Source: Anaerolineae bacterium (GTDB lineage Bacteria > Chloroflexota > Anaerolineae > S140-20). Taken from it: a stretch of DNA of 64,000 nucleotides. Each line of letters starts with the position of its first letter. Position 1 is the stretch's first letter. The DNA is taken from contig JALUTT010000048.1 in assembly GCA_027021705.1 (NCBI GenBank), positions 32,001-96,000 of the forward strand, read 5' to 3'. This document shows positions 37,385-46,500 of this stretch, piece after piece. The notes under the pieces were generated by a model. That model had not been told where the DNA came from. It worked only from the letters and a program-made list of their open reading frames with translations, and ran no database searches. The position numbers were made by a program, and so were the translations under genes.

Positions 37385-38659
37385 ATGTTCCGAAGTGCCC
37401 GAACGATGAGGTTGCTGGTCGTTCTGTTCCTGCTCCTGCCTTTCGTCAGCGCTTGCCGTTCGGAACCACCGCCGCCGGCCGAGGTAACGATCGGGGTGAT
37501 CTACCCCTTCAGCGGGAGTCTGGAGGCCACAGGGGCTGACATCCGCCATGGCATCGAACTGGCCGTTGAGATCATCAACGGGGAGTTCAAGCTGGAGATG
37601 CCCCTGGCCTGGACGGCGGGCCTCCCCAACTTGCGGGGGGCGAAGGTGAAGGTCATTTACGCCGACCACGCAGGCGATCCCGACCAAGGAGTCGAGGCAG
37701 CCCGGCGGTTGATCGAGGAGGAGAAGGTGGTGGCTCTGGTGGGGTGCTACAACAGTAGCGTGACCGCTCCCGTCAGTCAGGTGGCCGAGGCGGCCAGTGT
37801 GCCCTTTTTGAACCCCGACTCCACGTCGCCCACCCTGACCCAACGGGGGTTCCGCTGGTTCTTCCGCACCACCGCCGATGATGCTATCTTCGTGCGCAAC
37901 TTTTTCGACTTCCTGGCCGATCTGCAGCAGGAGCGGGGCATAGCCCTCGGTTCGGTAGCCATCGTCTACGAGAACACCCTCTTTGGCACCGGCGTCGGGC
38001 AGTTGGAGCGCCGGTACGCCCAGGAGGCCGGACTCAAGGTCGTGGCCGATGTCCCCTACTCGGCCAACGCGACCAGCGTGGAGGCCGAGGTCCAGCGGAT
38101 CATCGCTTCCGGTGCCTCCCTGGTGATGCAGAGCTCCTACGCCCAGGATGCGATCCTGTATATGCAGACCTACAAGGCGATGGGCTACCGTCCCCAGGCG
38201 CTCCTGGCGATGGATGCCGGCTTCATCAGCCCGGTCTTCATCGAGACGCTGGGGGACGATGCCAATTACATCCTCAGCCGGGAGGTTTGGGCTCCAGACC
38301 TGGGGGAGACCCGGCCCCTGATCCGTCAGGTCAACACGCTCTTCCGGGGGCGCTACGGGACCAATATGACGGGCAACTCGGCCCGCGCCTTCACGGGCCT
38401 CATCGTCCTGGCCGATGCCATCAACCGGGCCGGCTCGACAGAACCCGAGGCTATCCGCCAGGCCCTTCTGGAGACCGACATCCCGGCCGAGCAGTTGATC
38501 ATGCCCTGGAAGGGCGTCCGTTTCGATTCCGAGACCGGTCAGAACACCCTGGCCCAGGGCATCATCGTCCAGATTCAGGACCGGGCTTACTACACCGTTT
38601 GGCCCTGGGACCTGGCAACGCGGGAGTTGATCTGGCCGATGCCCGATTGGGAGGAGTGA
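37385..38659 (+). CDS. Branched-chain-amino-acid-type (LivJ family) solute-binding lipoprotein, no permease nearby
   Basis: Lipobox VSAC; IGVIYPFSG, GIELAVEIING, WFFRTTADD, VLADAINRAGSTEPEAIRQAL. Confidence 0.9.
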   Translation: MFRSARTMRLLVVLFLLLPFVSACRSEPPPPAEVTIGVIYPFSGSLEATGADIRHGIELAVEIINGEFKLEMPLAWTAGLPNLRGAKVKVIYADHAGDPDQGVEAARRLIEEEKVVALVGCYNSSVTAPVSQVAEAASVPFLNPDSTSPTLTQRGFRWFFRTTADDAIFVRNFFDFLADLQQERGIALGSVAIVYENTLFGTGVGQLERRYAQEAGLKVVADVPYSANATSVEAEVQRIIASGASLVMQSSYAQDAILYMQTYKAMGYRPQALLAMDAGFISPVFIETLGDDANYILSREVWAPDLGETRPLIRQVNTLFRGRYGTNMTGNSARAFTGLIVLADAINRAGSTEPEAIRQALLETDIPAEQLIMPWKGVRFDSETGQNTLAQGIIVQIQDRAYYTVWPWDLATRELIWPMPDWEE

Positions 38660-38662
38660 GCG

Positions 38663-40933
38663 ATGGCTGAGCGACCCGCACGATCCCGCCGCCGGCGCAG
38701 TCTGGCACGGCGACTCGCCCAGGCCCTTGTCCTGACCACGGTGCTCCCGCTGCTGGTCGTGGGCGTGATGCTGGTCCTGGTCAGCCGTAATGTCCAGATC
38801 CAACACGTGATCGCCCTCCACCAGGAGATCGCCGAGGAGGCGGCTCTCACCATCTCGTCCTACTTGGACAACGCCGAGAACGTGCTAAGCGCCTTCGCCC
38901 ACACCCACGATCTCACGGCTCTGGACCTGCCCTCTCAGCAGTCTGCCCTGGAGGAGCTTCTGTTCAGCCAGCCGGATGTGTTTGAGGACCTGGCCCTGCT
39001 GGACCGCTCCGGTCGGGAGGTAGTGCGGGTTTCGCACTTCCACACCTTCTTGCCCGATGAGTTGGAGGACCGGGCCGAGACCGAGGCCTTTCAGCAGGCC
39101 ATCAAGGGCGAGGTTTACACGGCTGGGGAAGCCTACATCTCGCCCTACAGCTCCCTGCCGGTGATGACGATGGCGGTTCCCGTCCTTTCCGAGGCAGGTG
39201 AGCCTGTTGGCGTCCTGATCGCCGAGGTCAGCCTCAAGACGATGTGGGACACCGTGGCTCGTGTCCAGGCGGGGCTGGCCGGCTATGCCTATATTGTGGA
39301 CCGGTCGGGACACATTGTGGGGCACACGCGGGTGAGCCGCTACTTCCGGCTTCAAGAACGGGACCTGACCTTCATCCCGCTGGTCCGGGATCTGGTGGAG
39401 GGTCGGGAGCCGGTATCTCACCTCTACAAGGGGCTGGAGGGCGAGCGGGTCATCGGGGTTCTGGCACCCATTGAGGGTACCAATTGGGCGGTCGTCGTCG
39501 AGGTCCCCACCCGTGAGGCTTTCGCCAGCCTGCGGCGTATGGTCTACCTGTTCATCGGCACCCTGGTGGTAGCAGCGTTGATGGCCGGTGGGTTGGGGCT
39601 TCTGCTGCCCCGGCGCATCATCCGCCCACTCCGCCTGCTGCAGGAGGGCGCTGCGGCCATTGGGGCCGGACGGCTGGAGCACGTCATCCAAGTGCGGACC
39701 AACGACGAGCTAGAGGACCTGGCCGAGGCCTTCAACACGATGGCGGCCCGGCTGCAGGAGAGTCGGGCCCAACTGGAGCGCTGGGGCCAGGAGTTGGAAC
39801 GGCAGGTAGAGGAGCGGACGGCCGAACTGGCCGAGGCCTCGGAGCGCCTCCACCGCCGCGCCGACCAGCTTCAGGCCATCGCCGAGGTCGGGCGTGCCAT
39901 CACCCTGGTCAGTGACCTGGACCAGATGCTCACCCAGATCACCCAACGCATCAGCGAGCGCTTTGGCTTCTACCACGTGGGAATTTTCCTGCTAGACGAG
40001 GTGGGAGAGTACGCCATCTTGCGGGCGGCGAATAGCGAGGGGGGGCAACGGATGCTGGCCCGGGGGCACCGGCTGAAGGTGGGCGAGAAGGGCATCGTGG
40101 GCTACGTTACCAGCACTGGCGAGCCTCGTATCGCCCTCGATGTCGGTGAGGATGCCGTCTGGTTCGACAACCCAGACCTGCCCCTCACCCGCTCCGAGTT
40201 GGCCCTGCCCCTAAGGGTGGGTGGCGAGATCATTGGGGCCTTGGACGTGCAGAGCACCGAGGAGGCCGCGTTCACCGAGGAAGATGTCGCCGTGCTCAGC
40301 ATGCTGGCCGACCAGGTGGCCGTCGCCATCCAGAATGCCCGCCTGCTCGCCCGCACTCAGCAGGCCCTGGCCGAGGTGGAGGAGACCCATCGCCAGTACC
40401 TGCAGCGGGAGTGGCGGGAGATCACAGCCCAGCGCGGACCGTTGGTCTACGAGTACACCCGCGCCGGGACGCCTCCTGTGAGGGAAACCCTCCTTCCCGA
40501 GATGAAGCGGGCGATGGAGGAGGGCGAGGTCGTTGCCGTGCCCATCTCCGATGGGGATGGTGGGGATGGGGCGACCGCGGGATCGGCCTTGGCCGTCCCC
40601 ATCAAACTGCGAGGGCAGGTCATCGGTGTGATAGACCTGCAGGAGATTGGAGATGGTCGGCAGTGGACGGAGGAGGAGATCGCCCTCGTGCAAGCCATTA
40701 GCGATCAGATGGCCCTGGCAGCGGAAAACGTCCGCCTGTTGGAGGAGACGGAACGCCGTGCTGTGTGGGAGCATCAGGTCCAGGCGATCACCTCCAAGAT
40801 CCGCCGTTCGCCCGATCTGGCGACCATTCTCCAGACGGCAGTGGAAGAGTTGGGGCGGGTCCTGAGAGCCGACCGAGCCCTCGTTCGTCTGAGAGTAGAG
40901 ACTCCAGAGACGGACCAAGAGCTGGAGGAGTGA
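38663..40933 (+). CDS. Kinase-less receptor 9: TM-dCache-TM-HAMP-GAF plus C-terminal module
   Basis: YAYIVDRSGHIVGH Cache motif, TNDELEDLAEAFNTM HAMP, core GAF. Confidence 0.87.
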   Translation: MAERPARSRRRRSLARRLAQALVLTTVLPLLVVGVMLVLVSRNVQIQHVIALHQEIAEEAALTISSYLDNAENVLSAFAHTHDLTALDLPSQQSALEELLFSQPDVFEDLALLDRSGREVVRVSHFHTFLPDELEDRAETEAFQQAIKGEVYTAGEAYISPYSSLPVMTMAVPVLSEAGEPVGVLIAEVSLKTMWDTVARVQAGLAGYAYIVDRSGHIVGHTRVSRYFRLQERDLTFIPLVRDLVEGREPVSHLYKGLEGERVIGVLAPIEGTNWAVVVEVPTREAFASLRRMVYLFIGTLVVAALMAGGLGLLLPRRIIRPLRLLQEGAAAIGAGRLEHVIQVRTNDELEDLAEAFNTMAARLQESRAQLERWGQELERQVEERTAELAEASERLHRRADQLQAIAEVGRAITLVSDLDQMLTQITQRISERFGFYHVGIFLLDEVGEYAILRAANSEGGQRMLARGHRLKVGEKGIVGYVTSTGEPRIALDVGEDAVWFDNPDLPLTRSELALPLRVGGEIIGALDVQSTEEAAFTEEDVAVLSMLADQVAVAIQNARLLARTQQALAEVEETHRQYLQREWREITAQRGPLVYEYTRAGTPPVRETLLPEMKRAMEEGEVVAVPISDGDGGDGATAGSALAVPIKLRGQVIGVIDLQEIGDGRQWTEEEIALVQAISDQMALAAENVRLLEETERRAVWEHQVQAITSKIRRSPDLATILQTAVEELGRVLRADRALVRLRVETPETDQELEE

Positions 40934-41890
40934 GTGGTGTCTTCCTCGCTTACCTGGGAAGCTTTTGCTCGGATGCCTTTGCCGGAAGTTGCGACGCTGG
41001 TCGGTCAGAGGCTGCGCAGCCTTCTGGTCGTCGCCGATGGCACGCAGCGCTGGTTCGTCTGCGAGAAGAAGTCGGGTAATGTCTTGTCCCAGACCTACTG
41101 GAGCGAGTACATGGAGGTGGTCAGCCGCCAGTATGCTGCCTTGCTGCACCTCCTTTTCACCCACGGCGTTCCTACCATCTTCGAGCCGCTGGTGATGCCC
41201 GTGGGGCGGAGCGAGGAGGAACTGAAGCGAGGGCTGGCCAACCTACCGCGCATTGTGGCCGACAAACCGTTCCGAGAGCTTTACGAGGAACTGGACATCC
41301 GGGTTCGCTTCTACGGCCCTTGGATGTCACTTCTGGAGGAGGTGGGACGACCGGACTTATGGGAGGTCTTGAACCGTCTGACCGAGGAAACGGCTCATCA
41401 CTGGCGTCACCGGCTCTTCTGGGGGATCTACATACCGGGGATCTCTCCCCAAGAAGAGATGGTCCGCTTCACGGTGGAGCGGGCTCGATCTGGGGCGGGG
41501 TCTGTGAGCCGAGAACAGTTGGTGGTTGCCTATTACGGTGAGCCTGTTGAACCTGTGGAAGTCGCGATCCTGTTGGCGGGACAGCCCCGGGCTGCCAGCT
41601 ATCTTCCCCCCTTTCTGGGGGATGATGCCGACTTTTACTTCACCGTCAACTCCCCGCTGGGGATGGACGCGCTGCAGTTGCGGGCCATCCTTTACGACAA
41701 GCTGTTCGCCCGTCGAGAGGCGGCCCGAGAGTACACGCGCCTCTCCCCCCAGGGGTTGGCGGAGATCCGTGAACTTTACGAACAGAATAGAGGGCACACG
41801 CTGGGCATAGGCCGCTGGTCGGAAACGGGTCAGTTCTGGTACCCGCTCCCTCAGGTGAACCTCCCTCCCACGCTCATGCCGGGGACGTAG
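40934..41890 (+). CDS. Rv3378c-like diterpene synthase / tuberculosinyl-transferase family protein (cis-prenyltransferase-like fold)
   Basis: Co-linear with the recalled M. tuberculosis Rv3378c sequence: FARMPLPEVATLV, DGTQRWF, LLFTHGVPTI, VRFYG, HRLFWG, SREQLVVAYYGE, FYFTVNSP, LRAILYD, LGIG...GQFW. Confidence 0.85.
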   Translation: MVSSSLTWEAFARMPLPEVATLVGQRLRSLLVVADGTQRWFVCEKKSGNVLSQTYWSEYMEVVSRQYAALLHLLFTHGVPTIFEPLVMPVGRSEEELKRGLANLPRIVADKPFRELYEELDIRVRFYGPWMSLLEEVGRPDLWEVLNRLTEETAHHWRHRLFWGIYIPGISPQEEMVRFTVERARSGAGSVSREQLVVAYYGEPVEPVEVAILLAGQPRAASYLPPFLGDDADFYFTVNSPLGMDALQLRAILYDKLFARREAAREYTRLSPQGLAEIRELYEQNRGHTLGIGRWSETGQFWYPLPQVNLPPTLMPGT

Positions 41891-41949
41891 GAGGTAGGTG
41901 GCGGGGCGCAAGGGGCTAGTTGCAAGTTGCAAGGAGTAGGTGGCAAGTC
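41887..41949. repeat. Degenerate heptamer tandem repeat (GYAAGNN-like), 9 units
   Basis: gtaggag gtaggtg gcggggc gcaaggg gctagtt gcaagtt gcaagga gtaggtg gcaagtc. Confidence 0.65.
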
Positions 41950-42013
41950 GGGGGCGGGAGCCCCATGAGTTGTCGTTTTGCCGGGAGTTGTACAACAAAA
42001 GGAGGCGCGGAAA

Positions 42014-43543
42014 ATGGCACGGATAGACCTCGTTGCGGAAGCGGAGGCGTTGCTCAAGGCGATGGACATGGGGGATATGGGACCCTCAATCTACGATGCG
42101 GCTTGGGTGGCCCGTCTGAAGGACCCGGGGAGTGGAGAACCGCTCTTCCCGGGGGTTCTGGAATGGATTCGCCAGTCCCAGCATCCCGATGGGAGCTGGG
42201 GGAGCGAAGTCGAGTACTACCCGGATCGGATTATCTCGACGCTGGCGGCCCTCGTAGCCTTGATGGAGCACAGCCCGCGCGCGGGGAATGGTCGGGCAAT
42301 TGGGCGAGGGCTGGCTTATCTGGAGAAGACGTGGCCGTTGGTTCAGGGGGTTCCCCATCTCACTGTGGGATTTGAGGTCATTGTCCCCACCTTGTTGGAG
42401 GAAGGGGGGCGGCTGGGATTACCTTTGAACGGCTGGATGACGGAGGCGCAGCGGATGCGTCTCGAGCGGTTGCGGCGGATACCGCCAACGATGATCTACT
42501 CGCCTAAAAGCACCATCTCCTTCTCGCTGGAGTTCTTGGGAGATTACCTGGATGTCGCTCGGGCGAGGGAAACTCTGTTGTTGCCCAATGGTTCCATTGC
42601 CAATGCGGTTGCCAGCACTGCTTACTTTGCCGCTCGAACTTACGAGGAGAAGACGCTGATTTATCTTGACCATCTGCTTTCTGCTCAGGGGGAGCACAAT
42701 GTTCCCTTTGTGCATCCCTTCGAAGTCTTCGAGCGGAACTGGGTGCTTTACAATCTTCATTTGGCTGGACTATTGGACCAGGTGGTCCATGCTGCTCGTC
42801 CCCACCTAATGTATCTTTACAAGGCTTGGGAGGAGGACGGCTTGAGTTTCTCTGCTGAGTGCCCGTTAAAGGATTTGGACGATACTGCGATAGGCTACTT
42901 GCTCCTGAAGTCTTATGGCTTCGATGTTGATGCTCAAGCGTTTGCTCTTTACGAGAGGGATGATTTCTTTGAATGTTATCCTTTTGAAATGCACACAAGC
43001 GTGGGCACCAATGCGCATACTCTCCACGCATTAACAGTTTTCCCTCGTAAGCAGCAAGAGGAGGTTAAGGCTAAAGTCTTCTCTTACCTTCAGTCTCAGA
43101 AGGTACAAGGAGCATATTGGTTTGACAAGTGGCATGTTTCACCTTACTATGCGACTGCTCAGGTGATCTTTGCGGTTGTCTTGCTCGAGAGGGAGTGGGT
43201 TGAGGATAGTATTCTCTGGATTGAAAGTACTCAGCGCTTGGATGGGGGATGGGGGTTCTATGGGGTATCTACGGTGGAAGAAACAGCACTGGCTTTGCAG
43301 GGGCTCTTGGCCTATGCTAATGCTGGTGGGAATGTGGCGTCGGAGGTGATCCATCGGGGTGCTTCTTTCCTTCACCGAGCTTTGGAAACCGATGCGAGAT
43401 TACCGGCGCTCTGGATTGGAAAAGGGTTGTATCGTCCTATTCATATCATTCGTTCTTCTATCCTTAGCGCTTTAGCAATGTATGAAGCTTGGTGTCCAAG
43501 GAGTCAGAAGCTGGTTGGAGGCTCAGCCTTTTCACAGGTGTGA
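42014..43543 (+). CDS. Class II diterpene cyclase (Rv3377c / Haur_2145-like, beta-gamma prenyltransferase fold)
   Basis: SIYDAAWVARL, QHPDGSWG (QW), STLAALVAL, VGFEVIVP, catalytic DxDD (DLDDTA), WFDKWHVSPYYAT, QRLDGGWG, EETALAL, LWIGKGLY; GGAGG RBS. Confidence 0.92.
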   Translation: MARIDLVAEAEALLKAMDMGDMGPSIYDAAWVARLKDPGSGEPLFPGVLEWIRQSQHPDGSWGSEVEYYPDRIISTLAALVALMEHSPRAGNGRAIGRGLAYLEKTWPLVQGVPHLTVGFEVIVPTLLEEGGRLGLPLNGWMTEAQRMRLERLRRIPPTMIYSPKSTISFSLEFLGDYLDVARARETLLLPNGSIANAVASTAYFAARTYEEKTLIYLDHLLSAQGEHNVPFVHPFEVFERNWVLYNLHLAGLLDQVVHAARPHLMYLYKAWEEDGLSFSAECPLKDLDDTAIGYLLLKSYGFDVDAQAFALYERDDFFECYPFEMHTSVGTNAHTLHALTVFPRKQQEEVKAKVFSYLQSQKVQGAYWFDKWHVSPYYATAQVIFAVVLLEREWVEDSILWIESTQRLDGGWGFYGVSTVEETALALQGLLAYANAGGNVASEVIHRGASFLHRALETDARLPALWIGKGLYRPIHIIRSSILSALAMYEAWCPRSQKLVGGSAFSQV

Positions 43544-43561
43544 GCATAGGAGAACCAGAAT

Positions 43562-46500
43562 ATGAGGGAGAGATTAGTAGAAGCGCTAACGGTCCAACCA
43601 GATGACCTGTTGCGGATCCGGCCATTGCTGGAAGTTATGCTTAAAGGGTTAATTGTGGCTACAGCGGCAGGTACGGTGGTTTTCGTTGGGGCTGCCGTGA
43701 TAGGTCAGCGTGGGTTCTGGGTGCTCAGCGGGCTTAACCTGCTTATGCTGATCGTGATGATTGGCATAGGGAGGCTGAACCAGCGAGGGCATACCAATGC
43801 GGCCATCCATACTCTGCTAGCAGTGATTACCCTTTACGTCACTGTAGCATCACCGCCGGGTTTCCTAGTGGCTGGACCGGAGCTAGCAGTCTATGCCGTA
43901 CCGATTACTGCTGCGGGGTTGCTGCTTACACCAGCGGCTGCGGGCTTCTGGGCGGTGATCACCACGATAGCCGCCTTGGCTCGCATGATAGTAGTCACCC
44001 TGTTCCTCGATGTGGTGGTCAGTCCCATAGCCCTCACCCTAGGGGTCATCGTGCTTTATTTGCTGGCCCTCTCCACCTGGCTCTTCGCCCGTTCCCTTCA
44101 GCAGGCCAACCGGAACCTGCGCCGGCGGATCGGGCAGATCCAGACGGGGGCCGAGATCAGCCGGGTGGTCACGGCAGCCCTCGAGCCCGGCCTGATCCAA
44201 TGGCCGGCCGTCCAGTTGATCCAGACCGGCTTCGGTTACTACCACGTCGGCTTCTACGTCCTCGACCCTGAAGGGCGTTGGGCCGTCCTCACGGAGGCGG
44301 CCGGCGAAGCTGCCGATCGTATGAAGCAGGAAGAGCATCGCCTGCCCTTGGACGGCTCTACCGTCGTCGCCGCCGCCTTCGCCCAACGGGCCCGCCAGAT
44401 GCTCGTCCTCGGCGAGGAAGGGCCATACAGCCCCAACGGACGCCCTCTTCAGCCCAACGATCGCTTCCTACCCCAGACCCGGGCGGAGTTGGCGCTGCCC
44501 CTCCAGGTGGGGGAGCGGCTCCTGGGCGTGCTGGATGTGCACAGCACCCAGCCTCTCCCCTTCCCCGACGAGGAGATCGAGGCCCTGGAGGGCATCGTGG
44601 GGCAGGTCGCCGTGGCCCTGGAGAATGCCCACCTCTTCGAGGACCTTCACCAACGCCACCAGGAGCTGCGGGAACTCCATCAGCAGACGGAGCGCCGGGC
44701 TCGCTACCTGGAGGCTACCGCCGAGTTGGCCCGGGCGGTCAGTTCGCTGCTCGATCTGCAAGCTCTGCTGGATCGGGCGGTTAACCTCATCAGCGAGCGG
44801 TTCGGCTTCTACCACGCCGGTATCTTCCTGGTGGACGAGGCCGGCGAGTGGGCCGTGCTCCAGGCGGCCAACAGCGAGGGCGGACAGCGTATGTTGGCCC
44901 GGGGGCACAAGCTGCGCGTGGGTGAGCAAGGCATCGTCGGCTGGGTCACCCACGCCGGAGAACCCCGCATTGCCCTGGACGTGGGTGAGGATGCCGTTCA
45001 CTTCGACAATCCCGACCTGCCCAACACCCGCTCGGAGATGGCTCTCCCCCTCAGGGTGGGAGACCGGGTGATCGGAGCCCTGGACATCCAGAGCACCCGA
45101 GAGGCCGCCTTCAGCGAGGAAGACGTGGCGGTCCTCCAGACTTTGGCCGACCAGATCGCCATCGCTATCGAGAATGCCCGCCTCTTCCAAGAGACCCAGA
45201 GGGCCCTGGAGGAGGTGCAGACCCTGCACCGCTACTACCTGGCCCAGGCGTGGGAGCAGTTCACCCGGCAGCGCAGAGACCTCAGCGCGGAATACCGCCG
45301 CCTGGGCGTGCCCCCTCTGGAGAGAGCGTGGTCTCCCGAAATGGAGATAGCCCTGGCTCAGGAGCGCCCTGTGGTCTTGACAGACCTGGAAGCGGAGCTA
45401 CTGGGCGGGGATGGACAGGAGGGGAATCGGGACGACGGAACCGATGGTCGCTCTGCGCTGCCGGCCCGTTCTGTCCTAGCCGTCCCCATCAAGCTGCGCG
45501 GCGAGGTAATCGGTGTCCTGGACTTGCAGGCGACAGAGGAGTCCCGCCGCTGGACCGACGAAGAGGTGGCGATGGTCGCCGCCGTGGCCGACCAGATGGC
45601 CCTGGCTCTGGAGAACGCCCGGCTTCTGGAGGCCGAGCGGGATCAGCGCCAAGTCTCCGAAGCGCTGCGGGAGGCCGCCGTGGCCCTGAGCAGCACCCTG
45701 GAGTTCGACGATCTGGTCCAACGCATCCTGGAGCAGATCAGCCGGGTCGTCCCCGGCGATGCCAGCAACCTGATGCTCATCGAGGGAGACGAGGTGCGGG
45801 TCGTGGGGCGCCGGGGTTACGAGCACTTCCAGTTTGTGGACCTCCTGCGTGAGCGCCGGGTTCCTCGGGATACCCTCAACACCCTGCGCAAGATGGCAGA
45901 GACAGGCCGTCCCGTCGTCATCCCGGACACGGCTTCCGATCCCGACTGGCGTCTCCTACCCGGTTCGGAGTGGATCCGCTCTTACGTGGGAGCGCCCATC
46001 CAGGTTCGGGGGGAGATCATCGGCCTCCTGAACGTGGATAGTGCGACACCGGGCTTTTTCACCCAGGAGCACGCTGACCGACTGGCGGCTTTCGCTGCCC
46101 AGGCAGGCATCGCCCTTCAGAACGCCCGGCTCTTCGAAGAGACCCGACGACACGCCCGTGAGGTCCGCCAGCTCTACCAGTTGGGTATGGCCCTTAGCGC
46201 CACCCTGGACCTGGAAGAAGCGCTCCAGACGGTGGCCGATGGGGCTCGGGAACTCCTCGAGGCGTCCAGCGCGGCGGTCTACTACTGGGATGAAGGGACG
46301 CAGCGTTACACCTACCGCTTTAGCCTGGGGGAGACTCACCTCGATGCCGAGGGCCTTTTCCAGGAACCCCGCCCCGGTGGGATGACCGAGACGATCCATC
46401 GTACGGGCGAGCCTGTCCTGGTCGAAGACGTCCGTCTGGATCCCCGGGTTGCCTCTCACGTCGTAGAGGCGGGGGTCCGCTCCTTCGTCGGCGTCCCCAT

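Noticed and set aside
42014..43543. Squalene-hopene cyclase
   Set aside because: At about 510 aa with YDxAW, DKWHxSPYY and LWIGKxLY motifs and an Rv3378c-like neighbour, it fits bacterial diterpene cyclases better.
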